Source of the DNA: Thermomonas sp.
GTDB taxonomy: Bacteria > Pseudomonadota > Gammaproteobacteria > Xanthomonadales > Xanthomonadaceae
Direction of reading: 5' to 3'
Assembly: GCF_020850895.1 (NCBI RefSeq)
Contig: NZ_JADZDS010000010.1
Location: 15,870-79,869 of the forward strand
DNA: 64,000 bases
Under the pieces are notes generated by a model. That model had not been told where the DNA came from, made no database searches, and worked only from the letters and a program-made list of their open reading frames with translations. Made by a program: the position numbers and the translations under genes. Below, piece by piece: positions 35,169 through 46,093 of this stretch (position 1 is its first letter; every line of letters begins with the position of its first letter).

Positions 35169-35956
35169 TGGCGGGCATGAACCTTCGCTGGATCACCATT
35201 CCCATGCTGGTCGCCGTGCTTGCCGGTTGCGGGCATAGCCGAGTGGTGCGTGAACCGCGCCACGGCGCCTCGCGCGTCGGCAACGGGCCGGTGCGGGTGT
35301 CGCAGCCGCGCTACGGCGCAATGGCGGTCGTTCGCCCGGGTCAGACCGTGTATCGGATCGCCACCGAGAACGGCATCACCGCACTCGACCTTGCCTTGTG
35401 GAATGACATCGCACCGCCCTACACGATCTATCCCGGGCAGCGCTTGCGCTTGTATCCACGCGAGGGTCGCGCTGCGGCATCGAACCGCACGCTACCGCCG
35501 CCACGTCGATCCACGAACACCGCACCCGTGCCGCGTGCAACGACACCACCGACGGCACCGGTGGTAGCGCCTGTCGTTGCCAATGCGCCGGCATGGAGAT
35601 GGCCCACCGAGGGCGGTGTGCTGACCAGCTATGCGGCTGGTGATCCCACCCGCCAGGGCATCGATATCGCAGGTCGCGAAGGCCAGCCGGTGCGTGCGGC
35701 GGCCGATGGCGTGGTGGTGTATTCCGGTTCCGGTTTGGTCGGCTATGGCGAGTTGGTCATCATCAAGCACAACGAACAGTGGCTGACGGCCTACGGCCAC
35801 AACCGTGCGCGTCTGGTCAATGAAGGCACACGGGTCAGGGCCGGTGACCAGATCGCCGAGATGGGCCACAGCGGCGCCTCACGCGACATCCTGCACTTCG
35901 AGGTCCGCTACAACGGCAAGCCGGTCGATCCGCAGGCCTATCTGCCCCGGCGCTGA
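35165..35956 (+). CDS. nlpD: LysM/M23 lipoprotein
   Basis: LAGC lipobox, LysM repeat, WRWP, GIDI and LHFE motifs; start could be 35177. Confidence 0.88.
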   Translation: MMAGMNLRWITIPMLVAVLAGCGHSRVVREPRHGASRVGNGPVRVSQPRYGAMAVVRPGQTVYRIATENGITALDLALWNDIAPPYTIYPGQRLRLYPREGRAAASNRTLPPPRRSTNTAPVPRATTPPTAPVVAPVVANAPAWRWPTEGGVLTSYAAGDPTRQGIDIAGREGQPVRAAADGVVVYSGSGLVGYGELVIIKHNEQWLTAYGHNRARLVNEGTRVRAGDQIAEMGHSGASRDILHFEVRYNGKPVDPQAYLPRR

Positions 35957-36033
35957 TTCGCTGCGGCAAGCGGCTTCTGCAATTCCCTGGGCCATCGCCG
36001 TACTCCTGAAGCGCGTGTTGCTACCATCCGCGC

Positions 36034-37275
36034 ATGGCCACCGACCACGACCCCCAGAACCCGACCGGCTACTCGCAGAAGACCGAAGCGGGGCTGGCGG
36101 AGACCACCTGCCCGAAATGCGGCGCCTCGCAGGTCACCCAACATCCGGTCACCGGTGAATGGACGTGTCTGTTCTGCCATGCGCATTGGGCCGCGACCCA
36201 GACCAAGGTGGACTCGGTCGATGACGAGAACGCCGCGCGCGGCACCGACATCGCCACGGGCCGTGTCTATGCGTGCCCGAATTGCGGCGGCACCCAGCTC
36301 AAGCAGGATGGTTACACCGGCAAGTGGATGTGCCAGGACTGCCGCAATGAATTCATCGACGTCCAAGCCCGCATGGTGGTCGTCGATGCCGGCAAGGTAA
36401 TTCGCAAGAATGATCTGGTCGTCGACACGGCGAACCTGATGAGTGATTCGGAGGAGGCCGACCTGCTGGCCTACTTCCGCTCGATCGAGTCCCAGCTGGT
36501 GGTTGCCGTGGAAACGGTCAACACCGTCACCGAGAACGTCGAGTACTACGCCCGCCGTCGCGCACAGGAGCTGGGCGTCGGTCGCGATGACATCGACAAT
36601 GGCGTGTACGTCGTGATCGTGCTGAATCCGCGCCGGATCCAGATCGTCACCGGCAACGGGGTGGCGCGAAAGGTGAGCGGGGCCGACCTCAATCGGGTTT
36701 CAAGCCAGTTCATCGCACCGAAGTTCAAGCGCGCCGCGTATGTGGCGGGGCTCAAGGACGGGGTGGCGGAGATCCTGCGGCTCTACAGCCGCGTCGGAAC
36801 GGCAGCTTCAACGAGTGGCAACAAGCCGTTATGGAAGCGGCCCGGCTGTTTCGTCGTGCTTGCGCTGCTGGTCTCGATCATCGGTGGCTGCTTCGGGCTG
36901 GCGAATTGGTACGAGAAGCAGCCCTACCACAAGTTCTCGCGGATCACGGCGGAAGCCAACGCCTGCCTGGACCACTATTACGTCTATGACGAAGGCACGG
37001 AATCCCATCGGCTGGCGTCCAAAACGGCGGTGCCTGCGGGCAATTGCGTGCGCGAGGAGCGTACGGCCAGCTCCTGCGACAGCGAGACGTACACAACCTA
37101 CGAGAGCGTCGATTGGCAGGATGTCGTGCTGAGTTCGCGCACCGTCAAGGGTGATTTCTGCTCGACCAGCAGTGACAGCAGCAGTTCCAGCAGTTCCAGC
37201 AGTAGCAGCAGTGACAGCAGCTCCTACAGTGGTGGCGATTTCGATTCCGGCTCCAGCGGTGGTTCCGACTGGTAG
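36034..37275 (+). CDS. Hypothetical protein: two zinc ribbons + TPM-like domain + TM + Cys/Ser-rich tail
   Basis: CPKC..CLFC and CPNC..CQDC; VVDTANLM...LGVGR..DNGV...TGNG TPM-like pattern; one TM; SGGSDW end. Confidence 0.75.
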   Translation: MATDHDPQNPTGYSQKTEAGLAETTCPKCGASQVTQHPVTGEWTCLFCHAHWAATQTKVDSVDDENAARGTDIATGRVYACPNCGGTQLKQDGYTGKWMCQDCRNEFIDVQARMVVVDAGKVIRKNDLVVDTANLMSDSEEADLLAYFRSIESQLVVAVETVNTVTENVEYYARRRAQELGVGRDDIDNGVYVVIVLNPRRIQIVTGNGVARKVSGADLNRVSSQFIAPKFKRAAYVAGLKDGVAEILRLYSRVGTAASTSGNKPLWKRPGCFVVLALLVSIIGGCFGLANWYEKQPYHKFSRITAEANACLDHYYVYDEGTESHRLASKTAVPAGNCVREERTASSCDSETYTTYESVDWQDVVLSSRTVKGDFCSTSSDSSSSSSSSSSSSDSSSYSGGDFDSGSSGGSDW

Positions 37276-37300
37276 GGTGGAATGCGATGGTGCGCTGGAT

Positions 37301-37969
37301 TCATCGCACCGTGCGCAGGGTCAGCTCCAGCTCGTCCTTGCCGTCCTTGCGTTGCAGGATCCGCGCGGGGGTCGGGATGCCGTCGACAATCCACACGATG
37401 ACCTGCTTGTTGTCGCTGCTGCGCATGATCTTGGTGGCGGTGCGCGCCTGCCCGGCGACGGTAATGGTCTCGGTGCCCAGTACGCGGTAGCTCTGCGGGC
37501 GTGCCGAGCCATTGTCCACCAGTCGGTAGTTCAGCGGCTTGCCGGCGGCGACGTCACGGACCAGCGCGAGGTTGAGCAGCATGCCGTCCAGATCGCCTGC
37601 CATCAGCCGCACCGGTCCGGTGCGGTCGGGCTTGACGTCGCCGCTCCAGCGCGCTTCCAGCCGCGACCAGTCGTAAGTCGTTTCCACGCGTGAGCGCTTG
37701 AACAGCAATTGTGCGGTATCGAGACCGGACAGCGGCCGGAACGCGCCATTGTTCTCGTCGAACAAGGTCATCTGGCGGGCGCTGCCCAAGCGGTTGCTGA
37801 TGCTCAGTTCGTAACGCCAGCGGTCGTTGCCAGCACTGTTCAGGGTGATTCTCGCACTTGCTTGCACGCCCTTCCAACTGGCGTCGTAGTCGGCGGTGAA
37901 CGGCTGGATTGCCCACGCAGGCAGGCAGGCGAGCAGCAGGAAGGCGGTGGCGATGCGGAAGCGTTTCAT
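37301..37969 (-). CDS. DUF3108-like secreted protein
   Basis: Signal peptide then PFTADY; downstream of purN as in Xanthomonadales. Confidence 0.7.
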   Translation of the reverse strand: MKRFRIATAFLLLACLPAWAIQPFTADYDASWKGVQASARITLNSAGNDRWRYELSISNRLGSARQMTLFDENNGAFRPLSGLDTAQLLFKRSRVETTYDWSRLEARWSGDVKPDRTGPVRLMAGDLDGMLLNLALVRDVAAGKPLNYRLVDNGSARPQSYRVLGTETITVAGQARTATKIMRSSDNKQVIVWIVDGIPTPARILQRKDGKDELELTLRTVR

Positions 37970-38012
37970 CGTGGACCAAGCGGGCAGGCGAAGGCTCAGG
38001 CGCGGCAGCGCC

Positions 38013-38657
38013 TCAAGAATGGGCGGACTCTAGCGACAATGGGGTGTACACGGGATGACCGTCCATCTGCAACTGGCCCGCCTGCGCGCGCAGCCTGCCG
38101 ATGGCGAGCAGCTGCAGTACGTGCAGATACAGCGGGTGTTCGATGGTCAACACGCGGGCGGCAAGGACCTCGGCATTGTCGCCGGGCAGCACTGGCACTC
38201 GCGCCTGTGCGAGTACCTGGCCAGCATCCAGCGCGGCATTGACCAGGTGCACGCTTGCGCCATGTTCGGTATCCCCGGCGTCCAGAGCGCGCTGGTGGGT
38301 ATGCAGCCCCTTGTACTTGGGCAGCAGGGAGGGGTGGATGTTGAGGATGCGTTCGGGGAAGCGATTGACGAACGCGCCACCGAGGATGCGCATGTAGCCG
38401 GCACAGACGATCCAGTCCGGCTGGCAGGCGGCGACCGCATCGGCGAGCGCAGCATCGAAGCCGGTGCGGTCGGTAAAGTCTTTCGGCCTGCGTGACCAGC
38501 GCAAGGACTCGGTCACACGCTGCAGGGCCGCAGCGTCGGGGCGGTCGGAAAACACGCCAACGACGTGCGCATCCAGCGTCCCAGCGGAGATCGCATCGAG
38601 GATCGCCTGCAGGTTGCTGCCACGACCCGAGGCAAGGACGGCAAGGCGCAGCGTCAT
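38013..38657 (-). CDS. purN: Phosphoribosylglycinamide formyltransferase
   Basis: SGRGSNLQA, AGYMRIL, NIHPSLLP and HGASVH motifs. Confidence 0.96.
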   Translation of the reverse strand: MTLRLAVLASGRGSNLQAILDAISAGTLDAHVVGVFSDRPDAAALQRVTESLRWSRRPKDFTDRTGFDAALADAVAACQPDWIVCAGYMRILGGAFVNRFPERILNIHPSLLPKYKGLHTHQRALDAGDTEHGASVHLVNAALDAGQVLAQARVPVLPGDNAEVLAARVLTIEHPLYLHVLQLLAIGRLRAQAGQLQMDGHPVYTPLSLESAHS

Positions 38658-39706
38658 CAGACGATCCGCAAACGCTCGCCGTCGCGGGCCAGGGTGACCT
38701 GGCCGATCTGCCAGTGGGCCAGGCCCAGGCGGTCGAGGTCGGCACCGATGGCGGCCACGGCGGCGGGATCGACCATCAGCACGAAGCCCACGCCGCAGTT
38801 GAAGGTGCGCCACATTTCCTCGCGCGCCACATTGCCTTCGCGTTGTAGCCAGTCGAACACGGCAGGCAGCGGCCATGACGAAGTATCGATATCGAGGCCG
38901 AGCGGCGCGGGCACCACACGGATGATCTTCTCGACCAAGGCGCCACCGGTGACGTGGGCCATGGCGTGAATGTCGTGCTGGGATAGCAATTCCAGCACCG
39001 GCTTGACGTAGATGCGCGTCGGCTCCATCAGCGCATCGGCCAGCGATACGCCGCCGAGATCCAGATCCAGCGGATTTCCGGCGCGCTGCAGGATCTTGCG
39101 CACCAGCGAGTAACCATTCGAATGCGGGCCGCTGGAAGCGATCCCGATCAGCACATCACCCGCGCGCAGCTTGGACGAATCGATCAAGTTCGACTTTTCC
39201 ACCGCGCCGACGGTGAAACCGGCCAAGTCGTATTCGCCCGGTGGGTACATGTCGGGCATCTCGGCGGTTTCGCCTCCGATCAGGGCGCAGCCGGCGATCT
39301 CGCAGCCCTTGGCAATGCCGCCCACCACGTGGACCGTGGTCTCGACGTCGAGCTTGCCGGTGGCGAAGTAGTCGAGGAAGAACAGCGGCTCGGCGCCCTG
39401 CACCAAGACATCGTTCACGCACATCGCGACCAGGTCCTGGCCGATCGTGTCGTGGCGGTTCAATTGCTTGGCGAGAATGAGTTTGGTGCCGACGCCGTCG
39501 GTGCCGGACACCAGCACCGGCTCGCGGTAGCGGCCAGCCAGGTCGAACAGGCCGCCGAACAGGCCGACCCCGCCCAGCACTTCCGGGCGCAGGGTGCGGC
39601 GAACCAGTGGCTTGATGCGTTCGACGACTTCGTTGCCGGCATCGATGTCGACACCGGCGTCGCGGTAGGTCAGGCCTTGGGCAGCAGGGTGCGGGGGATT
39701 CGTCAC
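38657..39706 (-). CDS. purM: Phosphoribosylformylglycinamidine cyclo-ligase
   Basis: [28 protein letters not shown] and TFNCG motifs. Confidence 0.97.
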   Translation of the reverse strand: MTNPPHPAAQGLTYRDAGVDIDAGNEVVERIKPLVRRTLRPEVLGGVGLFGGLFDLAGRYREPVLVSGTDGVGTKLILAKQLNRHDTIGQDLVAMCVNDVLVQGAEPLFFLDYFATGKLDVETTVHVVGGIAKGCEIAGCALIGGETAEMPDMYPPGEYDLAGFTVGAVEKSNLIDSSKLRAGDVLIGIASSGPHSNGYSLVRKILQRAGNPLDLDLGGVSLADALMEPTRIYVKPVLELLSQHDIHAMAHVTGGALVEKIIRVVPAPLGLDIDTSSWPLPAVFDWLQREGNVAREEMWRTFNCGVGFVLMVDPAAVAAIGADLDRLGLAHWQIGQVTLARDGERLRIV

Positions 39707-39826
39707 GGGGCGGGGAGGCGGACGCGGACCGTTGATTTTAGCAGGCATGCGGCGGGGCAATGGACGTGGCCGCCCGGCTGCGGCACCATTCCCAAGATTG
39801 GCCGGCAGTTTTGGCGGAGAGTGGTG

Positions 39827-40945
39827 ATGCGGGCAAGATCACGGATGAAGGCGCGTGGGTGGGCAGGACTGCTGCTGGCGATGCTGGGGGTGCTAGCCTC
39901 GGGCAATGCGTTGGCGCAGCGCACCGAAGGCGACCGCGCGGTTGCACAGGGCACCTATGAAGTCGAAGTGCCGGTGCGCAACCAGACCGATGCCGAGCGC
40001 AAGCGCGGCATGGCCGCGGCGCTTGCACAAGTGCTGGTCAATGTCACTGGCGATCGCGGAGCGGCTGCACGCGGCGGCGTCCGCGAGGAAATGGCAAAGG
40101 TTGATTCCTACGTCGAGAGTTTCGATTTCCGCCAGGACGAGGGTGTGGGCTCATCCGGCGCACCGAGTTACCAGACCAAGCTGGTGGTGCGTTTCAAACC
40201 GGATGCGGTGAATGATCTGGTGGACATGCTGGGCTTGCCCAATTGGCCATTGCCTCGTCCGAAACCGGTGCTGTGGCTGGCGATCGATGACGGCAGCGGC
40301 CCACGTCTGGTGGGCTTGGGGCAGGCCAATGCCGCACGTTCGGTGCTGGACCAGGCCAAGGCGCGTGGGTATTCGTTGGGCTTGCCGGCCGGAAACGCCG
40401 CGGAGATGGCGGCGGTGGGTGCCATCTGGCGAGGCGACAGCACGGCGATTTCCACGCTTTCGCGGCGCTACAGTCCGCCAATCCAACTGGTCGGGAAGAT
40501 GCGGCGCCTTCCCGGACAGTGGCAGGTGGACTGGATGCTGGTGGACGGCGGCAAGGTGCTCAATCGTTGGCAACCCAGTAGCGCGGATGCGCGGCGAGCC
40601 ATGGCCGGAGGCGCCGACGGCGCCGCCGATGCGTTGTACCGGCGCTATGCGCGGGCCGGCAGTGGCGGTGGCGGCGGCATGTACCGCATCCAGATTGCCG
40701 GGCTGCGCGATGGCAACGACTACCTGCGGGTGGCTGGTTACCTCGGCGGGATGTCGATGGTCAAGCGCATCGTGCCGGTGGCGGCCACGCCTGATCGCCT
40801 GGAGTTGCAGCTTGAGCTGAACACCGGGATGGCGAATTTCGCTCGGTACGTGGGACGCGGGGATGTCCTCGTTGCGGTTCCATCCGATCCGACGGACACC
40901 GGCGCGACGGACGGTCCCTCGCGGTTCCGCCTGTCCGGAGACTGA
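39827..40945 (+). CDS. DUF2066 periplasmic protein
   Basis: Signal peptide; divergent from purM and upstream of AI-2E and hda; start 39827 or 39845. Confidence 0.8.
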   Translation: MRARSRMKARGWAGLLLAMLGVLASGNALAQRTEGDRAVAQGTYEVEVPVRNQTDAERKRGMAAALAQVLVNVTGDRGAAARGGVREEMAKVDSYVESFDFRQDEGVGSSGAPSYQTKLVVRFKPDAVNDLVDMLGLPNWPLPRPKPVLWLAIDDGSGPRLVGLGQANAARSVLDQAKARGYSLGLPAGNAAEMAAVGAIWRGDSTAISTLSRRYSPPIQLVGKMRRLPGQWQVDWMLVDGGKVLNRWQPSSADARRAMAGGADGAADALYRRYARAGSGGGGGMYRIQIAGLRDGNDYLRVAGYLGGMSMVKRIVPVAATPDRLELQLELNTGMANFARYVGRGDVLVAVPSDPTDTGATDGPSRFRLSGD

Positions 40946-40948
40946 AGC

Positions 40949-42181
40949 ATGTCACATGCCGAGGACCTGGCGACGATCGCCAGTTTTTACCGACGCCTGC
41001 AGTGGGGCGTGCTCGCGGCCGGGTGCTTCTGGCTGGTCTGGATCCTCTCACCGGTGCTGGCGCCATTCGCGTTCGCGGCGATCCTCGGCTGGCTGGGCGA
41101 TCCGATGGTGGATCGGCTGCAGTCGCGCGGGATCGGTCGGCATACCGCGGTGATCCTAGTGTTCACGGCGATCATCCTCGTGCTCACATTGGCGATCCTG
41201 TTGCTGATTCCGGTCCTCGAACAGCAAATCTCAACCCTGATCGATTCCATCCCACACTACCGCGACTGGTTCATCGGCACCTTGGTGCCGTGGATCGAAG
41301 ACCGGGTACATTTCCAGTTGCATACCTGGCTGGACATGGATCACTTGCTCGCGTTGCTCCGTGAGCACTGGCAAAGCGCCGGTGGTGCCGCAGCGGTGGT
41401 GCTAGGTTACGTATCGGCTTCGAGCTTCACCCTGATCGGTTGGATGGTGAACATCGTGCTGCTGCCGGTGCTGACCTTCTTCTTCCTGCGCGATTGGGAC
41501 CTGATCATGGGGCGCGTGGGTTCGCTGGTCCCGCGCGATCACTACCAGACCGTGCGCCGACTGGCGCTGGAGTCGAATGCGGTGCTGGGGGGCTTCCTGC
41601 GTGGCCAAATGATGGTCATGCTGATCCTCGGCATCATCTACGGTGTCGGGCTGTGGATCGTCGGCCTCGACCTCGGCATCCTGATCGGGCTGATCGGCGG
41701 TCTGCTGACCTTCGTGCCCTATCTCGGCCCGGCGTCGATCATCGTACTGGGTGGCTTGGCGGCGCTGGTCCAGTTCGGCGACTGGCAGCATCTGGTCGGG
41801 GTGGCAGTGGTGTTCTCGATCGGGCAGACCGTCGAAAGTTATTGGCTGACGCCGAAACTGGTCGGCGACCGCATCGGCCTGCACCCGATGGCGGTGATCT
41901 TCGCGGTGATGGCCGGCGGTGCCCTGTTCGGCTTCCTTGGCATGCTGTTGGCGCTGCCGGTGGCGGCGGTGGCCAACGTGCTGCTGCGCTACGCGCAGGA
42001 CCGCTATCGCCACAGCGAGTTGTACGCCGGCGAGACGCCGGTGGGGCTGGTGGACGTCGAGGGTGTCGTGGGCGCACCCGAGCCAGTCAGGACGGAGGGC
42101 GTCGGAACAGATGCAGTCGGGACGGAGGCGGCGACAGATGTCGAGTCGGCGCCCCAGGACGACCGGAATGGCCTTGGCTGA
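40949..42181 (+). CDS. AI-2E family transporter
   Basis: FLRGQ, VPYLG, PKLVGDRIGLHP and GMLLALP motifs. Confidence 0.92.
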   Translation: MSHAEDLATIASFYRRLQWGVLAAGCFWLVWILSPVLAPFAFAAILGWLGDPMVDRLQSRGIGRHTAVILVFTAIILVLTLAILLLIPVLEQQISTLIDSIPHYRDWFIGTLVPWIEDRVHFQLHTWLDMDHLLALLREHWQSAGGAAAVVLGYVSASSFTLIGWMVNIVLLPVLTFFFLRDWDLIMGRVGSLVPRDHYQTVRRLALESNAVLGGFLRGQMMVMLILGIIYGVGLWIVGLDLGILIGLIGGLLTFVPYLGPASIIVLGGLAALVQFGDWQHLVGVAVVFSIGQTVESYWLTPKLVGDRIGLHPMAVIFAVMAGGALFGFLGMLLALPVAAVANVLLRYAQDRYRHSELYAGETPVGLVDVEGVVGAPEPVRTEGVGTDAVGTEAATDVESAPQDDRNGLG

Positions 42182-42905
42182 GACCGCGGGGCCACAACTC
42201 CCGCTTGCGCTGCGTGCACCACCGGACCAGCGCTTCGATCGCTTCGTCGATGCGCCAGTGGGCCTGCTCGAGCAACTGCGCGCGCTGGCCGAGGGGGCAC
42301 TAGGCCAGTCGGTGTTCCTGTGCGGGCCGCATTCCAGCGGCAAGACCCATCTGTTGCTGGCTGCCTGTGCCGATGCCGAGGCAGCGGGTCGCCGCGCCGT
42401 CTATGTGGGATTGCGCGACCTGCGTGGCAAGGCCCGCGCCCTGTTGCAGGCTGTCACCGCGGACCTGGTCGCGTTGGATGATCTGGAGGTGGTTGTTGGC
42501 GAGCGCGAAGACGCGCTGGCGCTGTTCGACCTCTACAACGCGCAGCAGGCCAGTGGCAGCGGGCTGTTGTTGGCGGCCGCCGATTCGCCGGATGCGCTGC
42601 CGGTGGCCTTGCCCGACCTGCGTTCACGGTTGGCCCAATGCACGCGCTGGACGTTGCCGACGCTGGATGATGGCGGACGCGTGCGGATGTTGCGCCTGCG
42701 TGCGGCTGCGCGTGGGCTGGAGTTCGACGATGCGGCACTGGACTGGATGTTGCGCCGTTGCAGCCGCGATCCCGGCAGCCTGGCTGCGTTGTTCGAGCAA
42801 TTGGATCGCGCCTCGCTGGCGGAAAAACGGGGACGCCTGACGGTGCCTTTCCTGCGCCAGGTGCTGGAAGCCCAGGGATCGCCGGAGCGCAGCGGCGCGG
42901 CATGA
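42168..42905 (+). CDS. hda: DnaA regulatory inactivator Hda
   Basis: QLPL clamp-binding motif, GKTHLL, LPDLRSRL and LTVPF. Confidence 0.92.
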   Translation: MALAETAGPQLPLALRAPPDQRFDRFVDAPVGLLEQLRALAEGALGQSVFLCGPHSSGKTHLLLAACADAEAAGRRAVYVGLRDLRGKARALLQAVTADLVALDDLEVVVGEREDALALFDLYNAQQASGSGLLLAAADSPDALPVALPDLRSRLAQCTRWTLPTLDDGGRVRMLRLRAAARGLEFDDAALDWMLRRCSRDPGSLAALFEQLDRASLAEKRGRLTVPFLRQVLEAQGSPERSGAA

Positions 42906-42964
42906 TCGGCGAAGGTGCGTGAGCCGCGGGGGCAGGATCAGGTCGATGTCGGATCGGATGACGG

Positions 42965-43846
42965 TCAGCCTGCGCCTTCCCGCAGCAGCACCTGCAGGGC
43001 CTGCGCCGCGCGCGACAGCGTTCGGCCGGCATGGGTGACGCAGCCCAGTTGACGATGCAGCCGGAGCCCGCTGACCGGCAACACCTGGAGGCCGTGATCC
43101 AGCATGCTGCGCGGCAGGACGCTCCAGGCCAGCCCGGTCGATGCCAGCATCTTCAGCGTTTCCAGATAGTTGGTGGTCATCCGCAGCTGCAGGCTGAGGC
43201 CATGGCGGGCGAAGGCATCGGCGATGATGCGATGGGTGAAGGTCTGCGGTTCCGGCAGCACCGCCGGGTGCGCGGCCAGTTGCGCCGGTTTCAGGCGCTT
43301 GCGTCGGATCAGGGGGTGGTCGGCACCGGCGACGCAGCAGAGTGAATCCTCCCACACCGGTGTTGCCCGCAGCGGCGCCGGCAGGGTCCAGCGCGTGGTC
43401 CCGAGTGTGGTCAGTGCCAGGTCGACGCGCGCCTGGAGGACCTCGTCCAGGGCCTGCTCCGATTCCATGAAGCGCAGCTCAAGGGCGACATTCGGGTACG
43501 TCGCCGTGTACCTGCGCAGCACGGTCGGCAGGCGATGCAGGCCGATGTGGTGGCTGCAGGCCAGGCGCAGGCTGCCGCCGACCTCGGCCTTGAGATCCTG
43601 CAGGGCATGCCGCGCCGCGTCGGCGTCCGCCAGCAGCGCGCGGGCCTTCGGCAGCAGGATCCGGCCGGCTTCGGTCAGGGAGGACTGTCGGCCGATGCGG
43701 TCGAACAGGCGTGCCTGCAGCCCGTCTTCCAGTTGCGCGATCCGCTTGCTGATCGCGGGTTGGGTCAGGTGGATGTGGTGGGCGGCGGCAGAAAAGCCAC
43801 CGCAATCGGCCACGGCGATGAAGGCAGCAAGGTTGGCGAGTTCCAT
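42965..43846 (-). CDS. LysR family regulator divergent from leuCD
   Basis: FSAAA..HLTQPAISKRI..LE HTH, LFDR. Confidence 0.93.
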   Translation of the reverse strand: MELANLAAFIAVADCGGFSAAAHHIHLTQPAISKRIAQLEDGLQARLFDRIGRQSSLTEAGRILLPKARALLADADAARHALQDLKAEVGGSLRLACSHHIGLHRLPTVLRRYTATYPNVALELRFMESEQALDEVLQARVDLALTTLGTTRWTLPAPLRATPVWEDSLCCVAGADHPLIRRKRLKPAQLAAHPAVLPEPQTFTHRIIADAFARHGLSLQLRMTTNYLETLKMLASTGLAWSVLPRSMLDHGLQVLPVSGLRLHRQLGCVTHAGRTLSRAAQALQVLLREGAG

Positions 43847-43850
43847 GTGC

Positions 43851-43865
43851 ATTCCAGTTCGGAAT
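43851..43865. promoter_or_regulatory. Putative LysR recognition site
   Basis: ATTCC-agttc-GGAAT palindrome containing T-N11-A next to the LysR start. Confidence 0.6.
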
Positions 43866-43944
43866 CGAATCGATGAAAAATATCCATTTGAGCGATGGAA
43901 TGAAAGCTGCCAGTCTGGGCGCCTGAATCCGCCACTGGTGCGCC

Positions 43945-45366
43945 ATGCCCGGCCAAACCCTCTACGACAAGCTGTGGGCGATACACGAAGTGGTGCGCCG
44001 CGACGATGGCGCGTCGCTGCTGTACATCGACCGCCACATCCTGCATGAGGTGACGTCGCCGCAGGCGTTCGAAGGCCTGCGCTTGGCCGGGCGCACGCCG
44101 TGGCGCGTGCAGGCCAATCTCGCCACGCCCGACCACAACGTCCCGACGACGCAGGCGGAGCGCGCAGGCGGACTGGACGCGATCGTCGATGCGGTTTCGC
44201 GACTGCAGGTGCAGACGCTGAACGAGAACTGCAACGACTTCGGCATCCTCGAATTCAGGATGGACGATCCCCGCCAAGGCATCGTCCATGTGGTCGGCCC
44301 CGAGCAGGGCGCGACCCTGCCGGGGATGACCGTGGTCTGCGGTGACTCGCATACCTCCACCCATGGCGCATTCGGCGCACTGGCGCACGGCATCGGCACG
44401 TCGGAAGTCGAGCACGTCCTGGCCACGCAATGCCTGGTGGCACAGAAGATGAAAAACATGCGGGTGGAGGTGGAGGGTGTGTTGCCGCCCGGTGTCACCG
44501 CCAAGGATGTGGTGCTGGCGATCATCGGCACGATCGGGACGGCCGGCGGCAATGGCCATGCACTGGAATTTGCCGGCAGCGCCATCCGCGCTCTGTCGAT
44601 GGAAGGCCGCATGACCCTGTGCAACATGGCGATCGAGGCCGGCGCGCGGGTCGGCATGGTGGCGGTCGATCAAACCACGCTGGACTACGTGCGCGGACGC
44701 CCGTTTGCGCCGCAGGGCGCGCAGTGGGATGCGGCAGTGGCGCTGTGGCGGGGGCTGGTGTCCGATGACGACGCGGTGTTCGACACGGTGGTGAGGCTCC
44801 GCGCCGAAGACATCCAGCCGCAGGTCAGCTGGGGCACGTCGCCGGAGATGGTGCTGCCGGTGGATGCACGCCTGCCGGACCCTGCGCACGAGGACGATCC
44901 CGTCAAGCGCGGCTCGATCGAACGCGCACTGCACTACATGGGGCTGCGCGCCAATCAGGCGATCACCGACATTCGGCTGGATCGCGTGTTCATCGGCTCT
45001 TGCACCAATGCGCGGATCGAGGATTTGCGTGCCGCCGCCGCCGTTGCGAAGGGGCGCAAGGTCGCGGCATCGGTCAAGCAGGCCTTGGTGGTGCCGGGCT
45101 CGGGGCTGGTGAAGGCGCAGGCCGAGCGCGAGGGCCTGGACCGGGTTTTCGTCGAGGCCGGGTTTGAATGGCGTGCGCCGGGATGTTCGATGTGCCTGGC
45201 GATGAACCCGGACCGGCTGGAGCCGGGCGAGCATTGCGCCTCCACCTCCAACCGCAATTTCGAAGGCCGCCAAGGCCCCGGTGGCCGCACCCATCTGGTC
45301 AGCCCGGCGATGGCCGCCGCGGCGGCGATTGCCGGCCGCTTCATCGATGTACGGGAGCTGCCATGA
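43945..45366 (+). CDS. leuC: 3-isopropylmalate dehydratase large subunit
   Basis: [25 protein letters not shown] and [10 protein letters not shown] motifs. Confidence 0.98.
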   Translation: MPGQTLYDKLWAIHEVVRRDDGASLLYIDRHILHEVTSPQAFEGLRLAGRTPWRVQANLATPDHNVPTTQAERAGGLDAIVDAVSRLQVQTLNENCNDFGILEFRMDDPRQGIVHVVGPEQGATLPGMTVVCGDSHTSTHGAFGALAHGIGTSEVEHVLATQCLVAQKMKNMRVEVEGVLPPGVTAKDVVLAIIGTIGTAGGNGHALEFAGSAIRALSMEGRMTLCNMAIEAGARVGMVAVDQTTLDYVRGRPFAPQGAQWDAAVALWRGLVSDDDAVFDTVVRLRAEDIQPQVSWGTSPEMVLPVDARLPDPAHEDDPVKRGSIERALHYMGLRANQAITDIRLDRVFIGSCTNARIEDLRAAAAVAKGRKVAASVKQALVVPGSGLVKAQAEREGLDRVFVEAGFEWRAPGCSMCLAMNPDRLEPGEHCASTSNRNFEGRQGPGGRTHLVSPAMAAAAAIAGRFIDVRELP

Positions 45367-46016
45367 CGCCATTCACCCAACATGCTGGCGTGGTGGCGCC
45401 ACTGGATCGCGCCAATGTGGATACCGACCAGATCATCCCCAAGCAATTCTTGAAGTCGATCAAGCGCAGCGGCTTCGGTCAGAATCTGTTCGACGAGTGG
45501 CGTTATCTGGATGTCGGCCAGCCGGGGCAGGCGTGCAGCACCCGCCCGCTGAACCCGGAGTTCGTCTTGAATGCGCCGCGCTTCCAAGGCGCCAGTGTCT
45601 TGCTGGCGCGGGAGAACTTCGGTTGCGGTTCCAGCCGTGAGCACGCGCCGTGGGCATTGGCCGAATACGGCTTCCGTACCATTCTTGCCCCGAGCTTTGC
45701 CGATATCTTCTACAACAACTGCTGCAAGAACGGGCTATTGCCCATCGAGCTGGACAAGGACGTGATCGACGTCCTGTTTGCCCAGTGTGCGGAAACCAAA
45801 GGCTATGCCCTGGCGATCGACCTGGCTACGCAGACGGTCACCCGTCCCGACGGTGTCGTGCACGGGTTCGAGGTCGATGCCTTCCGCAAGCACTGCCTGC
45901 TGGGTGGGCTGGATGACATCGGTCTGACCCTGGAAGCGAGCGCTGCGATCCGTGCCTTCGAAGCACGCCACCGCACGGCTCAGCCGTGGTTGTTCGCCGA
46001 ATGTCCGTCAGCCTGA
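45363..46016 (+). CDS. leuD: 3-isopropylmalate dehydratase small subunit
   Basis: [13 protein letters not shown] and [11 protein letters not shown] motifs. Confidence 0.97.
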   Translation: MTPFTQHAGVVAPLDRANVDTDQIIPKQFLKSIKRSGFGQNLFDEWRYLDVGQPGQACSTRPLNPEFVLNAPRFQGASVLLARENFGCGSSREHAPWALAEYGFRTILAPSFADIFYNNCCKNGLLPIELDKDVIDVLFAQCAETKGYALAIDLATQTVTRPDGVVHGFEVDAFRKHCLLGGLDDIGLTLEASAAIRAFEARHRTAQPWLFAECPSA

Positions 46017-46047
46017 GGTCGTAGGCGCTACCGGTTCCAACGGCCAT

Positions 46048-46069
46048 GACGCCGCCCGCAGGCGGCGTC
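46048..46069. terminator. Hairpin between convergent leuD and leuB
   Basis: gacgccgcc-cgca-ggcggcgtc 9-bp stem; no clear T tract. Confidence 0.5.
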
Positions 46070-46093
46070 TGCAGGGTGCAGCGGCGAGCAGGT

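Noticed and set aside
37168..37225. AGC/AGT-rich periodic tract as an array
   Set aside because: Explained by the poly-Ser linker of the 36034-37275 protein
46021..46034. GTAG-type REP start (gtaggcgctaccgg)
   Set aside because: No second copy or clear palindrome found in the window
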